Assembly: GCA_031425655.1 (NCBI GenBank)
Contig: JANPJS010000306.1
Span: forward strand, 1-64,000
DNA length: 64,000 bases
Direction of reading: 5' to 3'
DNA from: Abditibacteriaceae bacterium
GTDB taxonomy: Bacteria; Armatimonadota; Abditibacteriia; Abditibacteriales; Abditibacteriaceae
Made by a program: the position numbers and the translations under genes. Position 1 is the first letter of the stretch. Every line of letters starts with the position of its first letter. The notes under the pieces are model-generated. The model ran no database searches, had not been told where the DNA came from, and saw only the letters and a list, made by a program, of their open reading frames with translations. This document shows positions 47,201 through 56,175 of the stretch, piece by piece.

Positions 47201-50200
47201 CGGTGCCGTTCGCCGTCGTAACTGAAATCTGGCCGGTTACCGCATTTGCAGGCACCGTCGCCGTGATTTGCGTCGTGGAATTGACCGTTGCCGTCGCCGT
47301 CACGCCACCGAATTTCACGGTTGAGGCGCCCACGATGAAACTGGTGCCGGTAATGATGACCGTGGTGCCAGCCACGCCCTTTTGCGGGCTGAAACTGGTG
47401 ACGGTTGGCGTATTGATCGGCACGCCGTTGAGCGACCAGTTCAACCGGTAATTGCCCATTGTTTCGTCATAGTTGGAGGCGCCGGTGTCAACGGAAATGT
47501 GATATGTGGTTCCCGCTACTGCCGTAAGACTTACGCTGCTGGTCGTCAAGCCGGGGGCGTCGTTGTTGGCAGCCATTCGGGTCAGAGAGCCAATAGCACT
47601 GCCCTCCCACACACTAAGCGAAGTGTTGAACAGCGTGCCGGCCATATTGTTGCCGCTCCCGGCTGTATCGAAGACAACGGTGCCTCCGCTGGGCGCCGTC
47701 CACCTAAACCAGACCGAAGCAGTTTGTGTGTAAGCGCCATACTGCTCGCCTGCCTCAGTATTAGCGCCGATTGTGGTGCCGGTAGCTCGACCGGAGTTGC
47801 CTGTGATAACAGTGCGATTGGCGAATAGGTCGTTAGCCGGTGCCGGCGTCAATTTCCAATTCAACGCATAGTCGCCCATCGTTTCGTCGTAATTGGAGGC
47901 ACCCGTATCAACGGAGATGTAATAAGTTGTGCCGCCGACTGCCGTCCATTTGACCTGACTGGTCACTTGACCAAGTGCATCGTTATTAGCAGCCATCCGG
48001 GTCAGAGAGCCGATGCCGCCGCCCGTCCAAATGCTAAGCGAGGTGTTGAAGGGTGTCCCGGACTGGTTATTACCGCTACCAAAGGTGTCGAAGACCGCCA
48101 TGCCGTTGGTCGGCGCTGTCCACTTGAACCAGACCGAAGCCGTTTGTGTGTAAGCGCCATACTGCTCGCTTGTCTCAGTATTAGCGCCGAGATTGGTGCC
48201 ACCAATCTTGCCTGACTGACCGGTGATCAACTGCGCGTTGGCAAACAAATCATTGGCGGGCGCGCCGATGAACTTCCAGTTCAGCGCGAAGCGCCCGTGA
48301 GCGTCACGCCAACTGGAACCAGCGCCTGCATCAACGGAGATGTAATAAGTCGTCCCGCCGACAGCCGTCCATTTGACCTGACTGGTCACTTGACCAAGTG
48401 CATCGTTATTAGCAGCCATTCGGGTCAGAGAGCCAAGAGCGCTGCCCGTCCAAATGCTAAGCGAAGTGTTAAAGAGTGTTCCGGCTTCGTTGTTGCCGCT
48501 GCCGAAAGTGTCCATTGTGACAATGCCACTGCCGGGCGCTGTCCATTTATACCAGACCGAAGCCGTTTGTGTGTAAGCGCCATACTGCTCGCTTGTTTGT
48601 GTGCTGGCGCCAATGTTGGAAGCAGTTAATCCGCCTTGCGTGCCCGTAATCAACTGCGCGCTGGCGAAAGGATCGTTGGCCGGAGCGACAACGGTGCGCC
48701 AGTTCAACTTGATGGCGCCGCGTGCGCCGTCGAAGCCATTGCCGCCGCTGACTGCGATGTAATAGGTGGTGCCGCCGACGGTCGTGAAGGGCATATGGCT
48801 GAGGGTGCCGGTGCCGCTATCGGCGTCATACTCCTGCTTTGTCAATTGGCTGATGCCGGTGCCGGTGCATACCAGCAGGTTCGTGTCGAAATCGCTGCCT
48901 TCGGTATCAAAATAAGCGGCGCCGTTTGTAGGCGCGACCCATTTATACCAAACCCCCGACTCGTTGTTGCTGTAATATGGCTCGCTTGTCTCGTCGTAAG
49001 CGCCAAGTGTCGTGCCGGTTGCGGTGCCTGCCGCGCCGGTCAGCAGTTGAGCGTTGGCCCAGAAGTCGTTTGGTGGCGACACGATGTTATTCCAGGTCAG
49101 CCTGAAGTTGCCGGTTTCCGTCGGGGTCGCGGTATCTTTTTTGTAGCCATCTACCGCGATGTAATAACTGGTGTTGGCGATGGCGCGGAACGTCAGGCGG
49201 CTGGTATAAATCCCGCCGTAATAATCTTCGTCATCGTTGGACTCAACTTTAGTTAGCGTGCCGACGCTGCCGCCGGTATAAACCGCCAGACTGGTGTCGA
49301 AAGGCGTGGTGCGCGTGTCGAACGTAACATTGCCGGTCGAGGCCGGCACCCATTTATACCAGACCGAAGCTCCGCCCGTGCCTTGTCCGTGATTTGGCTC
49401 GTTGGTTTCCTTGGTCGCTCCGATGTTGAAGCCGGGAATGCTGTCGCCGTTGCCGGTAATGACTTGAGCCGAGGCGAAGTTGTTGTTGGCCGGCCCTCCG
49501 GTGGTGCGGAACGTGAAAACGTAGTCGTCTGTGGGCGAACCTTGACTCGTTTCGCTAAAGTTGCCGTCCAGCGTCAAAGCGGCATTGGCCGAGCTTGGCG
49601 CCGTGCCGAGAATTTTTACTTGATACGCCGTGCCGCTCGCCAGCGCTGCGGGCGTGAAGGTTACGGTTTGATTGCCGTTCGACCAAGCGTAAGTGCCGGT
49701 CAGCGCCGGCGCGAAGCGAAAAGCCGCTTGCGTGGTGGCCGGGTTCATCGGCTTGGAAAACGAGACCGCGAAGCCGGTGCCGGTAATCGTTGCGGTGTCC
49801 GTATTGCCCGGCAATGTTACGACGGGCGGGTCGGCGGTATTGGTGCCCACCAGCCAGCCGCTTAGCACGTTGTTGATCCATCCGTGCATCAAGCCCATTT
49901 GTTGCGGCGTGAAGTGATTGATGCAGTCATCGTCTGCATAGCCCATGAAGTTTGTGTAGTCGGTCGTGCCCCATGGGATGCTGTTGCACGGGTCAATCGC
50001 TTCATTTTCCGGCGTGCCCGGATCGTCTTGTGGCGGGCCGCAAGCAAAGTTGCGCGGTGTCGGCGGTGTATCACTGCATAAATCGCCGGTAGTATCGCCG
50101 TCGGCAGCCGAGCGCCCCGCGTATTCGGCGCAAGCCACTGAGCAGTGATCTCCATAATTGTTTTCCATGTCGGAAACGCCGTAATGAGGGTGAAACACGC

Positions 50201-51074
50201 CGAAGTTGTGACCGATCTCGTGCGTAGCCGTTCTTTCGCCCGCTCCAAAGGCATCGTTGTCGCAAAAGAAGCCGCCCGGCGCTCCGGTTGCGTTCGGGTC
50301 GGAGGGAAAATAGCCGGCTCCCAACAAGGTTGCGTCAAAGCCGTCGGCTTCAAACACATACATATTAAGGTTGCGCGCCGGGTCTACGTTGTGGGCGGTT
50401 TTCATAGCGTCTATTTCCGAACCGCCGTTGACGGGACGGCGAAAACGCGTGGAGTTAATGATTCTTGCGCCGTTATTGATAAAGCGAATGCGTGCAGGCG
50501 CAAAATCGGCATTGAGTTGGGCAACCTGTTTATCAGCGTCGGCTAAAGACGCCGCCGGGCTGCTGCCATCGTCGTTAGCAAAAATGTTAATCTTGACGCG
50601 AACCGTTTTGAAAGGCGTGCTGGCGGTCGGAATCTGTGCGTTGCGGTTCGCCGGCAAATCGGCGGGGCCATTGGTGCAGTGATTGGTAGCGCCAATAAAA
50701 CCAATCCGTTTGGTCTGGGCCATGGTGCCGCACCATTCGACGCGATTGGAAGTGAGAATCTGTTTGGTTTGCTTAGGGTTGGCCCGCAATTGTTGCGCGA
50801 TGGAAAGGGCACGTTTTGAATTGGCCCGCAACAGTGACGGCATCTCTCCGACCAGAATATCGCCGCCTTTTTCAACGCGCGCGATGGCCTGCGCACTCAG
50901 TTGCGCCTGCGCGGGTTGGTCTAAGCCCATCAGAGCAGAAAACGCACTGAGCAGACAAAAGCCAAGTCCCGCAACTTTGAAGGGTTTGAGTTGCTTAAAA
51001 GAGTTCAGCGGTTGTAAAGATGCGCTAAGTTGCGCGGAATCCGACTTAACGAGTGTGCATTTTGTGTTTGACAT
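44220..51074 (-). CDS. Giant secreted M43 (pappalysin/ulilysin-like) metalloprotease with Ig-like, six PPC-like and six IPT/TIG repeats
   Basis: 'HEIGHNFGVFH', 'D.C.DTPP', Met-turn 'NFMGY', prodomain 'WCGT'; 'N..FA.AQ.ITG' x6; 'P.ITSF.P' x6; start uncertain. Confidence 0.88.
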   Translation of the reverse strand: MSNTKCTLVKSDSAQLSASLQPLNSFKQLKPFKVAGLGFCLLSAFSALMGLDQPAQAQLSAQAIARVEKGGDILVGEMPSLLRANSKRALSIAQQLRANPKQTKQILTSNRVEWCGTMAQTKRIGFIGATNHCTNGPADLPANRNAQIPTASTPFKTVRVKINIFANDDGSSPAASLADADKQVAQLNADFAPARIRFINNGARIINSTRFRRPVNGGSEIDAMKTAHNVDPARNLNMYVFEADGFDATLLGAGYFPSDPNATGAPGGFFCDNDAFGAGERTATHEIGHNFGVFHPHYGVSDMENNYGDHCSVACAEYAGRSAADGDTTGDLCSDTPPTPRNFACGPPQDDPGTPENEAIDPCNSIPWGTTDYTNFMGYADDDCINHFTPQQMGLMHGWINNVLSGWLVGTNTADPPVVTLPGNTDTATITGTGFAVSFSKPMNPATTQAAFRFAPALTGTYAWSNGNQTVTFTPAALASGTAYQVKILGTAPSSANAALTLDGNFSETSQGSPTDDYVFTFRTTGGPANNNFASAQVITGNGDSIPGFNIGATKETNEPNHGQGTGGASVWYKWVPASTGNVTFDTRTTPFDTSLAVYTGGSVGTLTKVESNDDEDYYGGIYTSRLTFRAIANTSYYIAVDGYKKDTATPTETGNFRLTWNNIVSPPNDFWANAQLLTGAAGTATGTTLGAYDETSEPYYSNNESGVWYKWVAPTNGAAYFDTEGSDFDTNLLVCTGTGISQLTKQEYDADSGTGTLSHMPFTTVGGTTYYIAVSGGNGFDGARGAIKLNWRTVVAPANDPFASAQLITGTQGGLTASNIGASTQTSEQYGAYTQTASVWYKWTAPGSGIVTMDTFGSGNNEAGTLFNTSLSIWTGSALGSLTRMAANNDALGQVTSQVKWTAVGGTTYYISVDAGAGSSWRDAHGRFALNWKFIGAPANDLFANAQLITGQSGKIGGTNLGANTETSEQYGAYTQTASVWFKWTAPTNGMAVFDTFGSGNNQSGTPFNTSLSIWTGGGIGSLTRMAANNDALGQVTSQVKWTAVGGTTYYISVDTGASNYDETMGDYALNWKLTPAPANDLFANRTVITGNSGRATGTTIGANTEAGEQYGAYTQTASVWFRWTAPSGGTVVFDTAGSGNNMAGTLFNTSLSVWEGSAIGSLTRMAANNDAPGLTTSSVSLTAVAGTTYHISVDTGASNYDETMGNYRLNWSLNGVPINTPTVTSFSPQKGVAGTTVIITGTSFIVGASTVKFGGVTATATVNSTTQITATVPANAVTGQISVTTANGTGTSADTFTVGPSITSFTPLQGAVGAPVVITGKNFIGVTTVKFNTTSATAFTVNSSTQITATVPAGATTGKITTTNDAGSAVSTSNFIPGPWIGSLAPIGGAVGSAVAINGGNFVNVTGVKFNNGTLAATAFTVNSATKITATVPVGAVTGPISVTAGLGTAFSATDFLIYPGITSFSPSIGKTNTSVTILGSNFTGAMFVKFGGVNATTFTLNSVNKITAKVPEEARSGKITVVTPAGSVDSVERFTIDLTAPRVFIDAPLVGGARLAALPATITGTVSDNIAITNVTAVRLWLRRTFNGAFQYWNPLANPPAWGPTLVRFDTDAARPNADAAWSYSGPLPAGTDLPDGTYALAAIAIDGAGNSASRVINLYLKSTTPTYSISGQITLAGTTTGVAGVQVTRTGSATSATTNTSGNFTLTGVAGGTYTITPALTGYTFAPTSKPATVGTANVSGINFSATSLAPTITSFTPTSGAAGTIVTVTGTKFTGATGVKFNGVTATFNTVTATSLKATAPAGVTTGKITLTTPNGTATSAANFTVAGSPPTISTFTPTSGAAGTVVTISGTNFTGATSVRFNGTTATFNTVTATSLNATAPAGVTTGTLSVTTPNGTATSAASFTVTAGTDTTPPTVTVTAPTVNGTYAALATASGTASDAGTGVNSVYVALAQYDAAGTTLTGWWDWVNQIWIADGNDPNTTTLATGTTSWSKPLPAVGAGNYEVWVTALDNSTTGNQAPWVTVKYTNTNVPNNNFANAQVITGNNSSVVGSNIGATKETGEPDHDGNEGGASVWYRWTAPSNGTLAITTIGSNFDTILAVYTGTSVSALTGVLNGSNDDGTSPPASNVTISVTAGTIYRIAVDGYNLTAPDQGSIQLNWTFTAGGALKAGATNSAASSSPVQVSTADANSEAATVTLTFDGALGAAAGDAAHYAVSVNGVLVAVQEAAYDAAANRVVLSLPAGTLHTGDKVSVAWTNVPDAQSRLISGSTTLQTER

Positions 51075-51357
51075 AACGATTTTGAACCTGTCAAGCGAGG
51101 GCCGGGTTTCATGCAATTTGCACGAAAAAGTGGTTGGAGATGCGAGAAAACCATGCGGGATGGCTGAGCTACGTTATAGCACTTTTGCATCAAATAATCA
51201 AGGTTGCGACAATACCCTTTTTATGAGGAAAAACGACCTCTGAAATTCCACGTCGCCGCGTCCTAAGTCACGCAATTGGCCATCTCGATTCTCCGTTGAT
51301 TCTTATGGCGAGCGGCGCCCAAGTCACTCATACTTGCGGCGGATTTAAGGACATTTT

Positions 51358-52185
51358 ATGCGCGAAGCCACACCTTCAGACGATTTTTTCTTCGACCTTA
51401 ACGGTTACCTGATTCTCAAAGGCGCTCTCGACGCCGATTTGCTGGCGCGGCTGAACGCCGAGTTCGACCAGTTCCCGCGCGATTTGCCGACCGGCGAATG
51501 GTATCGCGGCGCTCAGCGGCGCGATTACACCAAAGAAACCGGACTCGAACTGCACAGTTGTGTGGAAATCGGCGCGCCTTTCGAGGAACTGATAGATCAT
51601 CCCTCGTGGATCAATCTGGTGAGGCGCTTTTGCGGCGAAGAGCAATCCTACGTTTCGGGTTTGTTCATTGACGAGTGCATCGCTTCGATTCGCACGTCGG
51701 GCGGGCATCATCCCGTGCATTCGGGTGGCTATCGCGGCGCTTTGCGGGGCCGATTTCTTTACGAACACGGCGTTTTTCGCTGCGGTCAGGTGAACATCAT
51801 TCCCGCGCTGACCGACATCGGCCCCGGCGACGGCCCGACGATGGTCATTCCCGGCTCGCACAAAAGCAATTTCGAGCATCCGGGCAAGGGCGATTATCAG
51901 CGCGGCGACCGTATGGACGCACTCGAAGGCGCGATTCCGGCCTATCTCGAAGCCGGCGATGCGCTGCTATTCGTGGATGGAATCATGCACGGCGGCTCAT
52001 CGCGCACTAACCCCGGCGAACGCCGCATTGTGATTCAACGCTACGGCCCGCTTTGGGGCGCATCGCGCTTTGGCTATCAATATTCGGAGCAATTGCTGGC
52101 GCGCCTTACGCCCGAACGCCGCAAGATTTTGCAGCCCGTCCCGCCGATTACAGCCGGAGAAAACCGCATCCCGCGCGAAAGCTAA
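51358..52185 (+). CDS. Phytanoyl-CoA dioxygenase (PhyH) family protein
   Basis: 'FD.NGYL', 'ALTDIGP.DG.T.VIPGSHK', 'AGD.LLF....MHG', 'N...RR'. Confidence 0.88.
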   Translation: MREATPSDDFFFDLNGYLILKGALDADLLARLNAEFDQFPRDLPTGEWYRGAQRRDYTKETGLELHSCVEIGAPFEELIDHPSWINLVRRFCGEEQSYVSGLFIDECIASIRTSGGHHPVHSGGYRGALRGRFLYEHGVFRCGQVNIIPALTDIGPGDGPTMVIPGSHKSNFEHPGKGDYQRGDRMDALEGAIPAYLEAGDALLFVDGIMHGGSSRTNPGERRIVIQRYGPLWGASRFGYQYSEQLLARLTPERRKILQPVPPITAGENRIPRES

Positions 52186-52744
52186 CAGCACTAAGCGGGG
52201 CTAACGGCCAATAGAAGCGAACCTGTTTTCAATCTGCCAGTTACGCGGCGTGTTCTAAACCCGCTTTAGCCGGCAGATTGCCGAAAGCGGCGCGGGCTTT
52301 GTCCGGTTGCGTGCCGTAATGTCGGCGTGCCGACGACGGGAAAATCCGTCACGCGCAGCATTTGCGAGCCGAAAGGCACCAGTTCGAGGCTTTGAAGCGG
52401 CGTTTGCGAATGGTTTCTTCAAAGGGATAATTGGTGTCGCAGACGAACAGTGGCTTTTCGTTACGACTAAAAACCGCGCCGCCCAATTCAGCGACATCAA
52501 AGTTCACGAATTGCATAGCGCATGGAAAATACGCTGACGGCTCGGACACACGCGGAGAGCGTGATTTTTCGCGTGAATTAGCAACTTTCGATGCTTGGAC
52601 AAAGCCTGTTTATGAACAAGCATGGCTTGTGAGGCTTGAGGGAAAGAGAAGAGTTCAAGATGACTGATCTTGAATCTGTTTATCTGAGACGGCGTGGAAT
52701 TGAACCTGCAAATTGATGCTTCTGCCGGCTTCTCTGTAATTTTA

Positions 52745-52816
52745 TGGGCGATAGAGGATTTGAACCTCTGACCTCTTCGGTGTCAACGAAGCGCTCTCCC
52801 CCTGAGCTAATCGCCC
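52745..52816 (-). tRNA. tRNA-Val(GAC)
   Basis: gggcgattagctcagggggagagcgcttcgttGACaccgaagaggtcagaggttcaaatcctctatcgccca folds as a cloverleaf; CCA not encoded. Confidence 0.95.
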
Positions 52817-52934
52817 TTATTAACAACAATATGCGCTGTTTTTCTGCGCACGGCAAATGATTCTAACCCATTCTTAGAGTTTCTGCCACGTTCCGCGAAA
52901 CAGGCTTTATCTGCGGAGAATGGGAGGCGTTGCG

Positions 52935-53396
52935 TTACTGTGAGGCTTGAGCATTAATCCAGTCGCCGCTTTTGCCGCCGCGTTTTTCCAAGAGGCGCAC
53001 GGTTTGAATTTCCAGAGTATCGTCCACGCCTTTGGTCATGTCGTAAAGCGTCAGCAGTGCGGCGACGGCGGCGGTCAGGGCTTCCATTTCGACGCCGGTT
53101 TTGCCGTTGCAACGCACGCGCGTCGTGACGATGATGCGTCCGTTTTCGGCCTCGCAGACGAAGTCGCAACTCGCGTGCGTGAGGAGCAAAGGATGGCAAA
53201 GCGGTATGAAATCCGGCGTGCGTTTGGCGGCCATGATCGCCGCCACGCGCGCGGTTTCCAAAGCGTTGCCTTTGGGCAGCGTTGCGGTTGCCACCATTTC
53301 CACGGTTTCGGGCTTCATGCGAATTTCGCCGCCGGCCACGGCTTCGCGTCGCGTTTCGGATTTATCGCCCACGTCAATCATGTGCGTCTGGTTCAT
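52935..53396 (-). CDS. moaC: Cyclic pyranopterin monophosphate synthase
   Basis: 'MIDVGDK..T.R.A.A', 'AAK.T...IPLCHP', 'TGVEMEAL', 'YDM.K', 'K.GGKSG'. Confidence 0.95.
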   Translation of the reverse strand: MNQTHMIDVGDKSETRREAVAGGEIRMKPETVEMVATATLPKGNALETARVAAIMAAKRTPDFIPLCHPLLLTHASCDFVCEAENGRIIVTTRVRCNGKTGVEMEALTAAVAALLTLYDMTKGVDDTLEIQTVRLLEKRGGKSGDWINAQASQ

Positions 53397-53474
53397 GGAA
53401 TGGTTCATAAAATGGCTCGTAATGTGGAAAAACCAGTTTACGCTGCGCGGAATTGCGCGCGAGGAGAATGGACG

Positions 53475-53642
53475 ATGAACTCGAACTGGTTTTTCCGAAT
53501 GCTCAACGCGATGGACGAGGCTATTGACCTTTCGTTGGTGATCGCTATTGTGTTGATTTTGGTCTTGTTTTGCTGCATGCTCACGCAAATGAACGGCGTG
53601 GAGAACGTGAAAAGCCTGCTGCTTCCGATTAGCTCCAGATAA
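53475..53642 (+). CDS. 55-aa single-TM small protein
   Basis: gaggag SD; MNSNWFFRML...LSLVIAIVLILVLFCCML; fills the moaC-lptD gap. Confidence 0.55.
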   Translation: MNSNWFFRMLNAMDEAIDLSLVIAIVLILVLFCCMLTQMNGVENVKSLLLPISSR

Positions 53643-53655
53643 CGCTGTTGTGCGT

Positions 53656-56175
53656 TTATTGAAGTTGCCCGAAAAACGGATTGAAGCCGGTGCCGTTCTC
53701 GTTGCGGCCATAACGCGAATCCACGAATGGAAACGCTTTTAAGGCCAAATCGAGGCGAAATTCCTTGCGTTGCTGGTCGTAAGTCGCATACAAATTGAAG
53801 CAATGCAAATCGCGCACGACGCGAATCTGCGTGAAATCGAACTTCTTGGAAAAGCCGTTATAACTCGTGAGAGCCTGCACGCGCGTTTTCTTGGTCACCA
53901 GCACGTCGGCAGCGGCATTGAGGCTCGAAAGTTGGCCGGTCGAAGGCGTGTAACGCACGCCGAGATCGAAACTGCCCGCGAAAAACCGGCTTTTGGGCCG
54001 GCTCAGATGAAAATTGCCGACGACATCGCCGAATTCGTTAGTCTGGCGCGAAAGGCTGGCGCCTAAAGCGAAATACAAATTGGGATTCGGCTGCACGCGC
54101 AGTTGCGCTGTGTAATCGCGGGGAATTTTATTTTGAATGTCCTGCCCGCCGGTGATGTCCAATTGCAGGCGGTCGGCTAAACGATAAGCGAGCGTGGCAT
54201 CGAAGGTTTCGCTGGGAAACAAAAAGTCGAATTGAAACGGTGTGAAGCCGCGAAACTGATTCTTGACATAGTCCACGCGCAGCGAAAGCGGCCCAAATTC
54301 GTTGGTCATGTTCAAAAAGCCGTCGTAGTTGTAGCGCGCCGTATTATTGGAATAAAACGCCTGCTCGAAGCGTCCGGCCAAATTGACCTGCGAATTGAAT
54401 TTGCCGCGTTTGAGCAGTTGCAAAGTGCGCGGCCTGAAACCGTAAGACAACAGCGAGCGAAACACCCGCTGCCCCGACGACGGCTCATTGAACTGGCCAA
54501 ACGACATCGTGATGTCGCCCGGCGCGAATTTGCTGAAAAACGGCAGAGGCGTGCGCGTGGTGTCGGTCGTGAAGCCGAATTCCGGCAGCCTTTCGAGCTG
54601 ATAAGCGCCGTTTCTTTGAATAACTCCCGTCAAATCGTCGTGGTTTTCGGCGCGCAGAAAAGTATCGAGCCGTTTCTGCCGCCAAGTCAGCAAAACCGTG
54701 TTATCAAGCGTCGCCGATTCGTTGCCGCCGCCGAACGAGTTGCGATTGTAAAGCGTTCCCAAATCCAAATCCACGCTGCCGAAGGTCTGGCGATGCTGAA
54801 AAGTCGCGCCTAAATCGTTGTAACTGCTTTCTCCACTGCCGCTCGAACCGGTGCGCAGCAGCAAATTCGTGTTCACATTGGGCCGCTGATACAGAAACGA
54901 CACGTCGCCGTTTTGCGATTTGTTGCTGAAACCCGGCGAACTGCTGCTCGAAGACTGAAAGTTGACAACCGCGTTCAGCGCTGGCGTGATTTTCCAAGTG
55001 CGATTGAAGCGCGCATCCATTTGTCGCCCGGTTTTGCTGCCGGTCAGCGCGTAGAGATAAAGCAATCCGGCGCCTTCAGCCAATTCGCGGTTGAAACCCA
55101 AGCCCAATCCGCGTTTTTGCAATAAATCAACGAGCAGAGAATCGGTGCGTTTGGCGGTCGCAGCCAGCGAATATGTGGTTTTCACGAAGACGCCGTCTAC
55201 CGCGTTTTGCCCGACGATAGGCTGTAGCGGCACGCGGCGACTGATGCCGCTGGTGAGATTTACCGTGAAAACCGGAAGCGGTATCAAGCGCCGGCCCAGA
55301 GCATAAAGCGCGTTGCGACGCAGCACGATGCGCGTCGGCTCGGAGTTTTGATCCTGATAAAAGCGCACTTCTTTGCACTGGAAATAATAATGGCCCCGGT
55401 CGCACGAGGAAACGCGGAAATCCTGCCCCGTGACGCGGCCTGCGGCTCCGGTTACCGCGCCGCCGGTGATGAAAATCGGCTCGATCACGCTGTTATTGGG
55501 AAATAATTCCGGCGGCAGCGTGATGGCGATTTGCGAAAGCGTCCACACCTTCGTATCAATGTTGAAACTGAGTGATTGGCCGGTCAGCACGCGGTCGCGC
55601 GTTTTGACGGTTAATTTGCCGCTCAGCGTGGCCAGACGAGTGTTGAAATCTACCACGCCGCGCTCGCCGGTCACGACGAGCGAGCCATATTTCAGCGTCA
55701 CGCCGCTGCGCGCGACGGCTAAGCCGCGTTCCATGTCGTAAACCACGCCTTCGGGCGAGGTGAGAATAAATTCGCCGCCCGCCGGCTCGGTTTCCGTGAC
55801 GACAGCCGCTTTTGAATCTGGCGGCAGCGCACCGGGCAGCGTCGGCAAAGTCGGCGCGGTTGTGGTGTCGCCGGGCGAAAGATTTTCCTCGCCGTCGGGC
55901 GCGCTGAAGTTCGCCGTGGGAAATTCCGTTCCGGTGCGATAAGGCTGCGTGATCGGCTGCTGAATAATCGGCTGCGTTGCCGGGCTGAGATCAGGAACCT
56001 GTGCCGTCGCTGATTCCTGAGGCACAACGGGCGCGTTCGGCGGCTGCGGATTCGGCGTTGTGGCCGGGACATTTGGCGCTGTCGTAGGCGGGGCCGCAGT
56101 TTGTGCGTTTGCCGCCGTTGTCATCACCAAAACGGCGGCAATTTGCGATAAACCAAGCTTGATTTTAGAAGTCAA
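53656..56175 (-). CDS. lptD: LptD-like LPS assembly outer-membrane protein
   Basis: Signal peptide, OstA-like jellyroll, 'SSCD..HY', 'LERLPE', beta-strand-rich barrel, 'RDLHC'; TTG start overlaps the lptF/G stop. Confidence 0.7.
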   Translation of the reverse strand: MTSKIKLGLSQIAAVLVMTTAANAQTAAPPTTAPNVPATTPNPQPPNAPVVPQESATAQVPDLSPATQPIIQQPITQPYRTGTEFPTANFSAPDGEENLSPGDTTTAPTLPTLPGALPPDSKAAVVTETEPAGGEFILTSPEGVVYDMERGLAVARSGVTLKYGSLVVTGERGVVDFNTRLATLSGKLTVKTRDRVLTGQSLSFNIDTKVWTLSQIAITLPPELFPNNSVIEPIFITGGAVTGAAGRVTGQDFRVSSCDRGHYYFQCKEVRFYQDQNSEPTRIVLRRNALYALGRRLIPLPVFTVNLTSGISRRVPLQPIVGQNAVDGVFVKTTYSLAATAKRTDSLLVDLLQKRGLGLGFNRELAEGAGLLYLYALTGSKTGRQMDARFNRTWKITPALNAVVNFQSSSSSSPGFSNKSQNGDVSFLYQRPNVNTNLLLRTGSSGSGESSYNDLGATFQHRQTFGSVDLDLGTLYNRNSFGGGNESATLDNTVLLTWRQKRLDTFLRAENHDDLTGVIQRNGAYQLERLPEFGFTTDTTRTPLPFFSKFAPGDITMSFGQFNEPSSGQRVFRSLLSYGFRPRTLQLLKRGKFNSQVNLAGRFEQAFYSNNTARYNYDGFLNMTNEFGPLSLRVDYVKNQFRGFTPFQFDFLFPSETFDATLAYRLADRLQLDITGGQDIQNKIPRDYTAQLRVQPNPNLYFALGASLSRQTNEFGDVVGNFHLSRPKSRFFAGSFDLGVRYTPSTGQLSSLNAAADVLVTKKTRVQALTSYNGFSKKFDFTQIRVVRDLHCFNLYATYDQQRKEFRLDLALKAFPFVDSRYGRNENGTGFNPFFGQLQ

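Noticed and set aside
44583..47451. Long plus-strand Val/Pro/Ala-rich ORFs
   Set aside because: Antisense shadows of the Thr/Gly-rich protease gene; the same applies to most overlapping ORFs in this GC-rich track.
47440..48700. Diversity-generating retroelement TR/VR pair
   Set aside because: Repeats are in-frame tandem domains, differences are not adenine-specific and no reverse transcriptase is present.
52255..52720. Short ORFs or a gene remnant next to the tRNA
   Set aside because: No recognisable motif or convincing start; cannot support a call.
52745..52816. tRNA-Val as an island attachment site
   Set aside because: No duplicate of its 3' end and no integrase noticed in the window.
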